A stretch of 64,000 nt of DNA. It comes from Antedon mediterranea. Lineage: Eukaryota > Animalia > Echinodermata. The notes below the pieces were generated by a model that was not told the origin of the DNA, did no database searches, and saw only the letters and a list, made by a program, of their open reading frames with translations. The translations under genes and the position numbers were made by a program. Below, piece by piece: positions 1-12,616 of this stretch (the stretch's first letter is position 1; every line of letters starts with the position of its first letter). The DNA is taken from contig NC_092671.1 in the NCBI RefSeq assembly GCF_964355755.1, forward strand, positions 9,424,001-9,488,000, read 5' to 3'.

Positions 1-1335
1 GAAGCAGAAGATCGGACAGAGCATTTTGCTTCTTGGTCAGAGGATGCCACTAGTGGATCACAAGCACCTGGATATAACTACATTTCACCAGAGGAGTCTT
101 CTGGAGGTGTAACCTACTATGGCAAATATGCTTCTTATTCTAGTGCAGGTTACACTGCTGAACTTGGACCTACCTCTGGAAGAGTGCTGGCAATTATCGA
201 AAACCTCCACCAAAGCAAATGGATAGATCAATTCACTCGAGCAGTATTTGTTGAATTTGCAGTAATCAATGTATACACTGGTCTGATCTGCCTTGTGACT
301 TTGGTAATGGAAGTCACTCCTGGTGGCAATGGGGAATCATTTGCAGACTATGCTGTCCTCAGTTATTCCACACCAGCTATGCAACAGTACATTCTAATAG
401 CCCTAGCCGGATTGACTGTAATATTATTGATGTCAATACTAAGAGAAATGAAACAAAAGGGCAGAGCATTCTATGACAGGCTCAGCAATATTGGTAATCT
501 TATATTTGTCTGTCTTTCATTGGCAACTATTTACACGTCATATATGTACAGTGAGTCATTAAAAGCTCTTTCATTTGCTGAGGTTAATGTCGCTGCTTTA
601 CAGGAACTGGTTAATAAAAAACAATTGGCTGATGCATTGGCAACATTGCTGCTAATGCTCACAACTGTGCATTTCTTAGACTTTATGCGCTACATTCCTC
701 GTCTTAATCAACTAAGAAATTTATTAAAAGCAGTATTAAAGAAAGTTCTCCGTGCTCAGCCTATTTACATAATGATGATGGCGTTGTTTGTGGTCCTTGG
801 TAAGGTGCTGTATGGCAGTGTTCTTGAGCCATTTTCTTCCTGGGTACAAGGTCTTCAACTTCTGTTAAGAGTTCTTCTGGGAGGGCCAAGAGAAGGAACA
901 CCAGATAACTGGACTTTACCATACTTTTTAATAGTTGCTGTCATGATGATCAGACTTTCGATTCTTCTTGTCTTTGTGACCCTCATCATTCAAACCTACT
1001 CATCTAAGAAAATAAGATTAGCTTTTGAAGGGTTTGTAGAAAATGGTGTTATCTCAGAAGTCGTTCGCAGAATTCAGAGAACTTATAACACTAAAGAAAC
1101 ATTAGAAAAGGTACGATTCCGGAAAAAATTGGTTGCAAGAAAATGGCGATTATGGAGGAATCAACAAGATCTTACAAAGTCGGTACTAAACAAGTCAAAG
1201 AGAATGGCACGAAAGACCAACAATATTATGGCAGGAGTCATGTCGGAGCATAAGGCATTGTTTAACGATCCTGCTGCTCTGGTTGATGAGGCAATAAGAC
1301 AAAAAAGCCAGATAAATTCCAAAGCAGAAACATAA
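1..1335 (+). CDS. Polycystin-1/PKD1L/REJ-family protein, C-terminal TOP domain and channel TMs (5' partial, single exon in window)
   Basis: Frame is open from base 1 to TAA at 1333-1335. Motif YGKYASYSSAGYTAELG...IENLHQSKWIDQFTRAVFVEFAVINVYTGLICLVTLVME matches the polycystin cation-channel signature (Y.GGGY...L....WLD..TRAVFVEF). Several hydrophobic segments and a basic helical tail follow. Confidence 0.85.
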   Translation, partial: EAEDRTEHFASWSEDATSGSQAPGYNYISPEESSGGVTYYGKYASYSSAGYTAELGPTSGRVLAIIENLHQSKWIDQFTRAVFVEFAVINVYTGLICLVTLVMEVTPGGNGESFADYAVLSYSTPAMQQYILIALAGLTVILLMSILREMKQKGRAFYDRLSNIGNLIFVCLSLATIYTSYMYSESLKALSFAEVNVAALQELVNKKQLADALATLLLMLTTVHFLDFMRYIPRLNQLRNLLKAVLKKVLRAQPIYIMMMALFVVLGKVLYGSVLEPFSSWVQGLQLLLRVLLGGPREGTPDNWTLPYFLIVAVMMIRLSILLVFVTLIIQTYSSKKIRLAFEGFVENGVISEVVRRIQRTYNTKETLEKVRFRKKLVARKWRLWRNQQDLTKSVLNKSKRMARKTNNIMAGVMSEHKALFNDPAALVDEAIRQKSQINSKAET

Positions 1336-2253
1336 CTTTTTAGTTTGCTCTTAATGTTGATAGAAGTGTAACCTGTATACTACTGTATACACTACTATAA
1401 ATTAACTACTGGGAAACCGGTAAAATTATCAAAATATGGTATATAGTACTATTTGCTGTATGCAGCACAGAACATGCAAGACATACAGACCATTTAGTTA
1501 CCATAAATGTTAACAAATAAACAGTAATTATTCTGTTTTTTTTATCTTAGTAATCTTATATTTTCTTTACTCCTAATCTTGCCAAATGTTGATAAAAGTA
1601 TTATTCTGGTTTTATATTGCTATGTAATATATGTACTTTATTTTCAATATGTTTGTGCAATTTTATTTTATACCGTGTGCAATGTTATCAGAATCACTGT
1701 CCACTTGTGGACTTCTGTATATTATTCCACGCAATTTTTGTGAAATTTAAATTTTTATATAAATTTTTATCTAAATACACTTTATTAAACTTAGACATAT
1801 TTTGTATTATATATTAGGAAAAATTGTTTATAGTATATTTCAAAATGAATATGTCCCAAATTCTTTTTTACCAACTGGAAAACCTGACATTAAGCCAGTC
1901 CTCCGGTATTGGGAGCATATATTCCTAGTAACTATAGAGTATTATTGAATTTCAATCCCATCGCTTTCAAGAATTTTTATTATCATAATAAATAGACAAT
2001 GAGAGTTTATCATGTAAAATAGTAATACTGTATTGTCTTACATTTGAATTAATTTCTCAGAAAGAAATCACTTCATTGTTTATATTGATACTAGTATATT
2101 ATTGTGATACAGTATCAAAATAATTGTTTTCAAATTTGTATACACATTTTCTAATGTTTTAAGCTTTTCCAAAGGTTTTTTTACAATTTACTACACATTT
2201 TTAAAGCTTTTACCTAAATGTTTCTATTAAAGTTTGATAAACTTGGTTCCACA

Positions 2254-4562
2254 TCAAAAGATTTTCTTCTTTTTCTTCTTGCTTTCTAGCCTTGTTCTTT
2301 CTTCATTTAGTTTTCTTTCAAGAGCTTGCCGTCTCAACATTTCTGTGTCCTGAGATTTAAAACAAAATGGATTATAAATAGTACAAGGGTTTTTAGGAAA
2401 GATTACAACCGTTGATGATAATTTGGAGAACTCTTACTTTAGCTGGTGATCCATCTGGTGACAAGTTCTTTATTGGAGATTGATGTGGTGTCAGTGATTT
2501 TGTTGGAGAACTTGCTGGTGTCCCAGAAGCACTTGATCCATCAACCATTTCGGTGTCTGCAACTCCTTGACAAGAAAATGTTCAACATGTTTAAATGTTT
2601 AATGAGTTAGAAGTGTATGTTTGCTTTGAAAAATCTTATGTTTCCTAATCTAAAATAATTTAAACTTTATATGCTTAGATTTAATAGATTCCACATCCAA
2701 ATCTATGAGCTGAAAGTACATTAGGTGATAAAAGGTAAAACACTGTATTTATCACATTTATTTTTTGCTTCATTTATTACCCATCGTTTATCTTTTAAAG
2801 TCATACCTTGATTCATACTTTGCCTCAACTGTTTTATTTGTATCTCTTTATAGAGCTCTCCAGTGGTACCTGAAAAAGCTGAGATGCCACAGGTTAAAAT
2901 GTGCTTCTCAAAGGCCTGCAAAAAAAGTTACTGTAAAATCAACATAGACAACTTATTGGACCAATAAAGATTGGACCAATGAAAAATATTATATCTGTAA
3001 AATTTTGGATAAGTACTACCTGGGAAGAGTGATAATTTCTTACTCTTCCCTGCTACTTCAAACTTGCATTAACCAATCTAACCTTTGATGTGTTCATATC
3101 CTGCCTAAAGGTTTCCTCATTAAATTGTGATGTTTGTAAATATTCTGCAAGAAAACAAGTGTGAACAAGTAGATTGAGTGTTCTCCTGAAATAAATTGGC
3201 TCTTAACAGGAATTGAAATAATGAGCTATATGGATAGTGGATATATTTTGTCAATTCAATTGATAAAATGCAATATATTTTTACTCTTTTGTATTTAATA
3301 GCAGATCTTGTATCACCTTCTAGGATTGTAACTCATCTGATTTCTATAAGACTGTTATACATGAGTAGCTTTGGTCATCTCGCATCATAGAACTGGTACA
3401 ATCATAGAGATATTAATATCTCTGGTACAGTACAATGTACAAACTATTATTCTATTGGGCAAATCACAGAGATATTATAGTGAACTATAATGTACAATTA
3501 GTACTACCAAAATAATCTTACTTCTTGAAACTTTTCCTCCTGCCATTTTATAATCTTCTATTTCTGCATCTTTCTTTGAAAGCTGCTTTGTTAATTCCGA
3601 TTCTCTTCTGCTCATTTCACTGACCATCGTCAAAAGAGGAGTCACTAAATGGCTGCATAACTAATGAAAAGAATGTCATTCTTAGGGTTTATATTCAATG
3701 TTGAAATAAAAGTGAAATCTTTGATGGATCATTTTTAGACCACTTTTAAGTCATGTAGCTAGATTAGCATTGTAGTAGCATTAGTAGTAGTTTAGAGTGT
3801 GTGGCACATTTTCGAAATTTGTGGAATGATGACATACCTCCTGTTGACTATCACCCTCTTTGAGTTTAAATTGCCATATAAATGGAACACCACCAATTAA
3901 CTGACTGGTCCAATGTATTGTCAACTTTGACCTCTTTTCTCCTTGCTCGTTCTCCTGGTTTAGGTACTCCATTTTTAAATCAACCAAGGCTTCGGATGAG
4001 GAACTTAGATTATCTTGAATATGCTGAAGAAGTGTTGCCATAGGTGCTTCTATATTTGGATTAAGATCCTAAGGGAAATAAAAAAACAGATTTTAAAACA
4101 TCTGAATCTGAACATTATCATTTGGCTTAATGGTAGAAAATAGTTATACTAAATATACTGTACAACACTGGAGGTGGTTGTGTATGGAGTATGGTGTATA
4201 GACTTAGTACTTCTTTCTTGTTTGGAAGGGTTATATAGAGAGTAATGGCTGAAGTAACTAACTGGTGGCCAAAGTCATTTGTATTCATTACAGTAAGACT
4301 CGTCACTTGTTTTTCAAGAAATCTTTGCCAAACTAATTAAACTTTTTTAAATGCGACATGATTTCACCTTGACATTATTTGAAAACATTTCAGTTGTGCA
4401 ATTTTCAAACCACATTTGCTTGAAGTCAAATATTGCAATTTGGTAGGACGAATGTGTAAACAGCTTTTTGACTAAAACCGATGTTCCACCAAACTTCCAT
4501 GGTTGCCATGTTTGTTCCGTCAGTGAATGCTCCAAACCCTGCTCTATTTCAGAAACTGACAT
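2254..4562 (-). CDS. NHEJ1: Non-homologous end-joining factor 1 (XLF/Cernunnos), 7 coding exons
   Basis: Exons 4562-4368, 4068-3838, 3660-3522, 3144-3083, 2915-2807, 2565-2438 and 2349-2254 join in frame via GT-AG. Motifs WQPWK, DFKQMWFE, DLNPNIEAP, GVPFIWQF and HLVTPLLTMVSEM...KKDAEIEDYK match XLF. It ends in KKKKKKIF, resembling the Ku-binding motif. Confidence 0.9.
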
Positions 4563-5348
4563 TGAAAGTAATGACCAGAAGAAATCTTTTTAAAAGAAGA
4601 AAAAGAAAATAAAGAATTGAATGAATGAATTAAATCCTGCACACAACAAATCAAATTGGTTTTTGAAAAGCTAAAAAAATCTTTTTTAGGAAAATTTTCA
4701 GACATTATTAATATTATAGTTACAATATTCTAAACATAAAAAATAAAGATGGTAATGGTTTTGAACACAGTGTCGATTGATTTTTGGAAAATGTTGTTGA
4801 TCGTCACGGCATTATCAACCTTGAGAGGAGAATCGTACACCTGTGCTTTTTTATAAAACTAAATGAACTATATGTTAATGGAAATGGCTATATCTGCACA
4901 ATCAACCATGCATGTTTTGTAATTTATTATTTCTATCATCATGGTTGACCGTTAATCGTAGTGCCGGGTGTGTAAAGTATAGATTATAGTCGAACATTCC
5001 GATAGAAAACAAATTACTTTAACCATGGGCCTAGTTAGTAATAGTTCAGTCAGCTAGCCCTTAACTCTAATAGTCTAGCTATATTAGGGTAGCAAACCAT
5101 GCCTACTACACTACAATACTATAAGCCTACCAGCATGGAGTTACTCCATCCATCATGCTATACCACTCCAGTCACTAGACTAGCCTAGTAGTAGTACTCT
5201 AGGCCTAGGCTAGAGAGTTGATACTAGTTGGCATACCTTCCCAGTTTCAACATTTAGCTAGTAAGGTAGGCCTTTATTTATAGATAGGTGTGTTTAATAA
5301 CAGTAAATACAAACATAGTTATATTTAAATTTTTCTGCAATATACTGA

Positions 5349-5530
5349 CCTAAAACAGTAATCAAAAACTATTGTTTGGTTTTTTCCCTGACTGTCGCCC
5401 TCTCTCAATTTAAACGTTATATTATTGTCAAAATCACTCATGCATTAAATAGAATCTTCCGGCGTAAAAACTTCCGGCGTATCCGTGACCCCTACAATAC
5501 TGGCACGTTTTTGTGTTTGGAAACAGAAAA
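5349..5530. promoter_or_regulatory. Bidirectional promoter NHEJ1/ELAC1 with tandem ETS/GABP-like sites
   Basis: A minus-strand donor (AG|GTCAGT) near 5349 marks a probable non-coding NHEJ1 exon 1. The ELAC1 ATG is at 5530. CTTCCGGCGTA occurs twice, at 5456-5466 and 5471-5481. Confidence 0.65.
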
Positions 5531-8500
5531 TGGACATCACCTTTCTTGGAACTGGTTCCGCTTATCCTTCCCCAAATAGATGTGCATCATCTTTAATATT
5601 TAGAAATGGTGAGGAAAGATGAAATGTTTAGTTATGTTTGGGCCTCTCTTTCCTAGCCTCTGCCTACTAGAGTTAGTAATTATAGTAAAAGTAGGCCTAG
5701 TTAGTAGTAGTAGGCCTAGTCTGAACGTTATTTAAAAGCCCACTAGGCTATACTCGCCTACTAGAGTAGGTCTACAGTAGTAGTATCTCCCGGAGTATCT
5801 AGGCCTAGCAAGGCTAGACTGGCCCAATTTATTAACTTAAATATTATTGCCTAGGTCTTAATCGATGAATGCCTCGACCATTAGAGAGGTTTCGCAATCT
5901 TACGAATACGATAACGAAAACGGATACTTCACGCACACGTATTCGTTTTCGTAAGCCATAAAAAAATCTGTTTCGCATGGCAACGAAATATTGAGGCGCG
6001 TCCAAAATATGACTGCGGTAAATTTGAGCGAAGCGCAGGTACGTGTTGCTTGGTGCTTGGCTGCCTAGGCCTAGCGTAACATAAAAACGAGTGAGGACTT
6101 TAAAAACTGCTATTTATCAAAATTGACTTGGCATTTTAGTAAATTACTTTAGTAAATTACTTTCAATAAATCTATAATTATATTATAATCATGAATCATT
6201 CCTGATTCAAATGCAAAATGTGCAAAATAGATCAAAAACTATACTCGTTTTGTAGTTACGAATATGACTGGTGATATTCGTCAACACGAATACGCTTTAC
6301 GAATATGAAATGGGGATCAGCTCAAAAGTTTCAAAAATGTATGACGTATCCGTTTTCGTTATCGTATTCGTAAGGTTGCGAAAACTCCCTATTATTATTG
6401 TGTTGTGGTTGAGGTTCACATATTACTAAATTTAAAAAAAAATTTTTTTTTTATTTTCCAGATGGAGAATGTTGGATGTTTGACTGTGGAGAAGGCACAC
6501 AAATACAACTGCAGCGAAGCATTATACGTGCTGGAAGGATTACGAAAGTGTTTATAACCCATCTGCATGGTGACCATGTAAGAAACAATGTACTGTAGTA
6601 AAACAGTGATGTAGCCACGAGAAATAAAGTGGTCCGGTTTTCGCAACAAACAATCTCTGTTCAAGCCACTGGGTTGTCAAAGGCATTATGTGAAAAAGTG
6701 GTCAGGTTGAAACTTTACCAACCGTACTGGTGTCTATGGCTCTGCAAAGGACCAAGAGCAATGTGTTTAATGCTTTATAGATTGACATATATTTTAATTG
6801 ATTATATTATAATAAATTTATTTAATACTGTTATACATAAAATTTGATTGATTTGTCTAATTCTAATTACACAGTTATATGGTCTTCCTGGATTTCTGAA
6901 TACAATCAGCTTTGGGACAATTGAAGAACGTGAACCTATTGAGTTATATGGACCAACAGGACTGCGAAGATACGTCAGGACGAGCATGGATATATCACGA
7001 TCTCAATTGAACTACCCGCTTATCATTAACGAGTTACAGATTACTGATGACATGTTACCCGAAGACTGGACAGTAAGTGATATACATCAATTGATCTTTA
7101 TCATGCACTTTTACATAAGACCTTCAGTTTCATATTAGTGAATTTCATTTATATATATCATAAGGTGTAGAAGAGCACTACACCTCATAACATTCATTGA
7201 ACATCCTTGTAATTGGGAGCAACCTAGCACACCACCATCATCATTGAACTGGACAATGAATGGGTTGATTATTCATGTGAGCAATACAGCACTTGGGCAA
7301 AGTATCTATGGACATCATTGATGATATCAACAACATAAGATCATATGTTATTATGTGTTGGTAGTCTTCTTACCTCAACATTCTTAAAAATAGATTTGTG
7401 TCTTTTTAATTTTTTAAGGATTGGCAGTCTAATTATGAGAGCACGGAACCTCAGCATCCATCGGAACAACCTGGACGGACAATAACAAAAGATGAAAATG
7501 GAATATGGAATATGTAATTTTATATCCATACAATATATGGTATTCTTGTAATTTCTTGATTAGATTCTTATGAGATATTACTTAATTGTTAAATGATCTA
7601 AATCTATCACTAGAAGTACCTTTTACATTATCTAGTGGAATGTGTATGCCCCATACATAGTAGGACTGGGCTGCCTGTCCCACTTTGTACTGTAGCAGTA
7701 AAGTGGTATATTCCAACCAGTCGTCCGAGTTAAAATCTGTTATGCTATAATTTATTTTTGCAGTTTTGAAAATGAAACTTTTATAGTACAAGCAGCCCCA
7801 CTAAAGCACCGTGTTCCAACGTTTGGATATATAGTTCGAGAAAAAGACCAGCCTGGAAGGTACTTGTTATATTCTAAACATTTTTTTTTTAATTACTATA
7901 TGAAATATGTATTTTTGTATTGATAATTATGAATAATTTTCATTTTGTTAGTCTCAATGCAAAACATCTAAAAGATCTAGGTGTTCCTGCTGGACCACTG
8001 TATGGCAAGTTAAAGAAAGGGGAGTCAATCACTACTCCTGATGGGACTGTTGTGAGACCAGAAGATGCAGTAGGTCCTCCGAAACCAGGAAGAAAAATTG
8101 GTAAATATAAAAGAATCCACCACCTCAGCCCCACCTTTGGGCTGATGTAATAACATTTTGGAATAGGTCCCCGGATATCATCATGGCATTTGGCAATGGG
8201 ATTTTGATTTGGAAGAGGCATTTATTTTCATACTAACCGGATATATGCCTTTTTTTTATTTAGCATTTCTTTGGGATACCTATGATGCTTCTTTAGCAGC
8301 CCCACTACTTCAGGATGTTGACGTTATGGTGCATGAAGCCACTATGGAGAATGAGATGAAGGAGAAATGTGTTTTAAATGGTCACTCAACTCCTGGTAAA
8401 GAAATATAATGCAATAGGCTTCTACAGAACTAATATGGGCATAAAATGGCCACAAATGTATTCATCATCTTGTGCCATCAATAGATAAAAATGTAACCAT

Positions 8501-9441
8501 GCTGTAAACAAAATACAGTGTTAGTATTGTTGATGATTATGCCCTATCCCTCCAGTGTATAGACATTCTGTTTTTTTAAATTAAGATTACGTATATTGCT
8601 ACAATACCCTTACATTTGAGGTTTTCCCCCTAGTTGTTGTCTTGTATTGTCCCTGTTCATGTGTCCTATATTTTGTTTCTTTGGACCATGTACTTTTTAT
8701 ACTAATTGTACTGTTTAGGCTGGCCCAACTCAAGATTTTTATCTTCTCTGGAATCTGCCTACTTTATTTAATTGATTCCTCTCTATTTTCACAGTCATTT
8801 TAAAATGTATTCTTAATTTGTTACTGGTTTTCTATTTATATGATGTTAAAAGAAGAACATAAATGTAAATGCTTTTTTTTAGAGATGGCTGGTGAATTTG
8901 CACGCAGTGTTTGTGCTAAAAAACTAATTATAACACATTTCAGTCAACGTTACAAGACATCGTCAGATAATGAGGTGAGCTTTATATGTCATCATCATTA
9001 TTACGTATCATAACAACTAAATCCCATTTATATTATCAATATTGTTCTTCTTCTTTATACGTTTATGCTTGTTCTTCACTCTAAGTAGATACAATCAGCA
9101 ATGGGTATAAAATGGGAGCAGCGTTCCTAGTTGCTACTACTACTTTTTAAAATTATCCAAATCAATATCCCACATTACTTTTTATAGAAAACCAAGTCTA
9201 TGATATGATACAATATAATCCAATGATATGCGAAAGTTACTGTTTAAATTATTAGAATATTTTTTATATCATATTATACAATTTAGTAATTTTTATGGTG
9301 AGTCTGTTTTGTTATTTTTAGGAAGATGAACCAACAACAACAAAATTACTGCTACAAGCCAAAGAAGCTTTTCAAAGTGACAATGTAGTAGCAGCAGCAG
9401 ATTTACTGACCGTGTCTATACCTAGCCTGAGCCTGAGGTGA
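5530..9441 (+). CDS. ELAC1: Zinc phosphodiesterase ELAC1 / tRNase Z short form, 9 coding exons
   Basis: Exons are 5530-5608, 6462-6577, 6875-7072, 7419-7513, 7764-7859, 7952-8100, 8264-8395, 8883-8974 and 9322-9441. Motifs seen: [42 protein letters not shown]-type flexible arm [22 protein letters not shown] and THFSQRY. Confidence 0.95.
5882..6391. mobile_element. Non-autonomous DNA transposon (MITE), ~45-bp TIRs, in ELAC1 intron 1
   Basis: TAGAGAGGTTTCGCAATCTTACGAATACGATAACGAAAACGGATAC at the left end is inverted at the right end (GTATCCGTTTTCGTTATCGTATTCGTAAGGTTGCGAAAACTCCCTA). There is no coding capacity. Confidence 0.8.
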
Positions 9442-11555
9442 TGACTATTGTAGGCCAAGGCTTGTTCGAACCAGGTTGGTATAAAATAAAGTAATTTAAA
9501 TTGTAACCACTGATTACATTACAGTATATAAATAGTATAAATGGGAAAAAAGGAAAAAAAAACAACAAAAAATTAACTCTAATAAGGGGCCAATACTGTT
9601 CTGTTAATTATAAGGTCTATTTTCAGCGTTAAAAACATGTTTAAAGTCTCCTAATTTTACCAGTGGAAAAGTCAGCGTCTCAGGATTTCCTCTGATTAAA
9701 GATGTCCCCTGAATTTGAAATGCCATTAATGGGTTTACTATAGATTTCTTTCTTTATAGATAGGATTACACATAAAATAACAATTATTGTCTCATATTTC
9801 TGTCAACACATTTATTAACTAGAAACTTGCATACCATAACACCACATAATTCCAATAATATGTACAAAAAGCTGCCAAAAAACAAACAAAAGATAATCTG
9901 CTTAAGACACAAGAATTGTACACTGTTTAAGTTTTTTTCAAAAGTTGGATTTTTTGTGGCAAGATTTTGTGGAACATTTGTGGTAGATTAGAATAATGAA
10001 ATATCAGGGACAACTTTTTCCTGGTACAGTATACCGAAAAATCAATAATAGCTTTTGAAAAATTGATCTTGCTAAACAAAATAAGATAGTCTCTCTTCAA
10101 ACCTGAATAAATCAGTGTTTATAAATTCTTATTTCAGTATACGTAGTTATTGTAAACTCATAAGGAATGATGCACAATAGAATCATTGTAAAAAATGTTT
10201 ATAGTTTATCAATTGTATTCAATAGAATACATTGTTTTATAAGGTAATGTAAATTCAACTTTTGTTCTACAGTATAAGTAAAGATTATTGAATCATAATT
10301 TGGGCCTGGCATGTGGTTTAGATAGGACCTTTCAAAACACTACCTAGTAAATACATTACACTGTTTTTACATTGATTAAAATCATAATTAAATTTAGTTA
10401 CAATATACACATTATTTCTCTTAATAAGCTTTTTACTTAATATATATTACCAACACATATAATTACTAATAGTTTAAAGCAATGTTTCTGTGTAAACAAA
10501 TTATGTATTTTTTTATATTAATTACACATAATTAGAATAAAATTTATGAATTTATTATTTTTCTTTAAATTAATTTTCACACAGCACATATTTTGTGTGA
10601 GTTCCAAACAGCACAATAAAAATTGTCTGTATTTTAACATTTTTTTATACATAATTAGCCAAGCAAATAAGATAATAAATACAACATATTAATTTATATT
10701 TATAATTTTCATTTTTTCACTCTATCAAATTTGATATTATATCATTTTCTTTGTACTTTAAACAAATCTAAAAATATCCTAAATTTCGCCAAATTGAATA
10801 CAAAAAAATGTCATTACATTAATGTTCCACATTTTAATACTTATAATATTAACAACCATATACATAAATTTACAATCAATCTTATGAAATTCATTTATAA
10901 ATTAATATCTGCAACATTTAATAATGAATTCTTAAAGCATAAACATCAAAGAAATATACAGTTTGTATCTAATGTTTCTTAAAATACATTGCCACAATTT
11001 GAAACTATGTTTTTTTTTACCCTTAAGTCTTACTTTGGGTCCTACACTAGGTAGCACTATGCCTAAAATTATTTCTTGTTATTCGTATACATTTCCTAGA
11101 TATTAACCGTAGGATGTCAAAATTACATTAAGAGTTGGAAGTCGCTGAACAATAAAATAAGCTTGTGTCAATTAAAAATCTATTTGCATTTTTACTTTTT
11201 TTGTACTGTTTCTTGAAAATAACATGATTCATAAACACTATCATATTTGTAATAAGCAGAAAAGAGTTTTGTCACCCTGTTTTTTAATTTTTTACTTATC
11301 AAAGAGAAGCAGTTAATTGTTTCGAACCTATAGCTGACAACAAATATTTAAAGTAAAGGTCGATTATATTCAACAAATAAAATGTTCTATTGAATTTTAT
11401 TATTTTAATAATATTTACTTGATATAATATTTACTGCAATATATTATTTACTGCTCAAAGGTAACTAAATATCACATTTTTTTTTTAAATTATGGTTTTT
11501 TCAATATTAACATTAAAGATACTGTAACATAGAATAATCATACCAGAAAGTTGCT

Positions 11556-11739
11556 ACATTCTTTACTACAGTAGACTTGGCTTCATACAAGTGTAGTACA
11601 TACATTCTTTACTACAGTAGACTTGGCTTCATACAAGTGTAGTACATACATTCTTTACTACAGTAGACTTGGCTTCATACAAGTGTAGTACATACATTCT
11701 TTACTACAGTAGACTTGGCTTCATACAAGTGTAGTACAT
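11556..11739. repeat. 46-bp tandem repeat x4
   Basis: Unit ACATTCTTTACTACAGTAGACTTGGCTTCATACAAGTGTAGTACAT is repeated perfectly. It lies in the probable 3' UTR of the Tau-like gene. Confidence 0.95.
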
Positions 11740-12616
11740 TTTCTGCTACATACCTTTATTTTTATACTTTGTGATAAAGTCAAGCACATAAAATATAGGT
11801 ATATTGTGTTATTTTGATTATTGTGAATATGATTTAAGTACATTTTAGCCTGATTAATTTACTTGTACAAAAGTTGTAAAATGATCTTATTGCTAGTAAA
11901 GTAAGATTTACATCCATACACCATTGAATTAAAGTAAAAGTTGAGAATGTCTCAATGAATTACAGACAGCTTTCCTAGTATTAGAAGACAATTGTAGCAT
12001 AACTGCCAAAACGTTTTAGGACATTCTTAACCACATGGTGTACTGCAAGCCTTATTTTACTAGTGTTTATCCAAATCTTTAAACATATTTGTTATAAATA
12101 CCGTGTCTTTTTTTTTTGTCCTTCAATTTTATTTGTAGCTCAAAATATGAGTTAAATTTTGTCTGTATAAAATCTGAATACAAAAATACTTGGTAATGAT
12201 CCTCTCTTTGTGTACAACTAACTTCCCAGAAGCAGGTGTTTAAGTATGTGGACTTAACCAAGATAGTATAGCCTATACATATAGTTAGGATTCAATTTTA
12301 AAGTGTACATTTATATACGATACTTATTACATTTCATGGTACCGTCCATGCATGTTACATAATGGATATTTGTGGCATGTTACACTCTGTTGTTTTTAGG
12401 TATTTAGTTGTGCTGCTATATAATGGGTATTTGTGGCATTTAATTGCAAGGTATTACTGTTCTTTTACCAATAATTTAATACCAATTTTGAATAACTTTT
12501 ATTTACTTATTTCTTTCCAGTTCAAAAATATTGTGCTAATAGTCGTTACGTTGAACTACTGTATAATTGTTGTTCTCCTGTTTTTTTGATGATTATTTAT
12601 TTCAGAGATCATGTTC

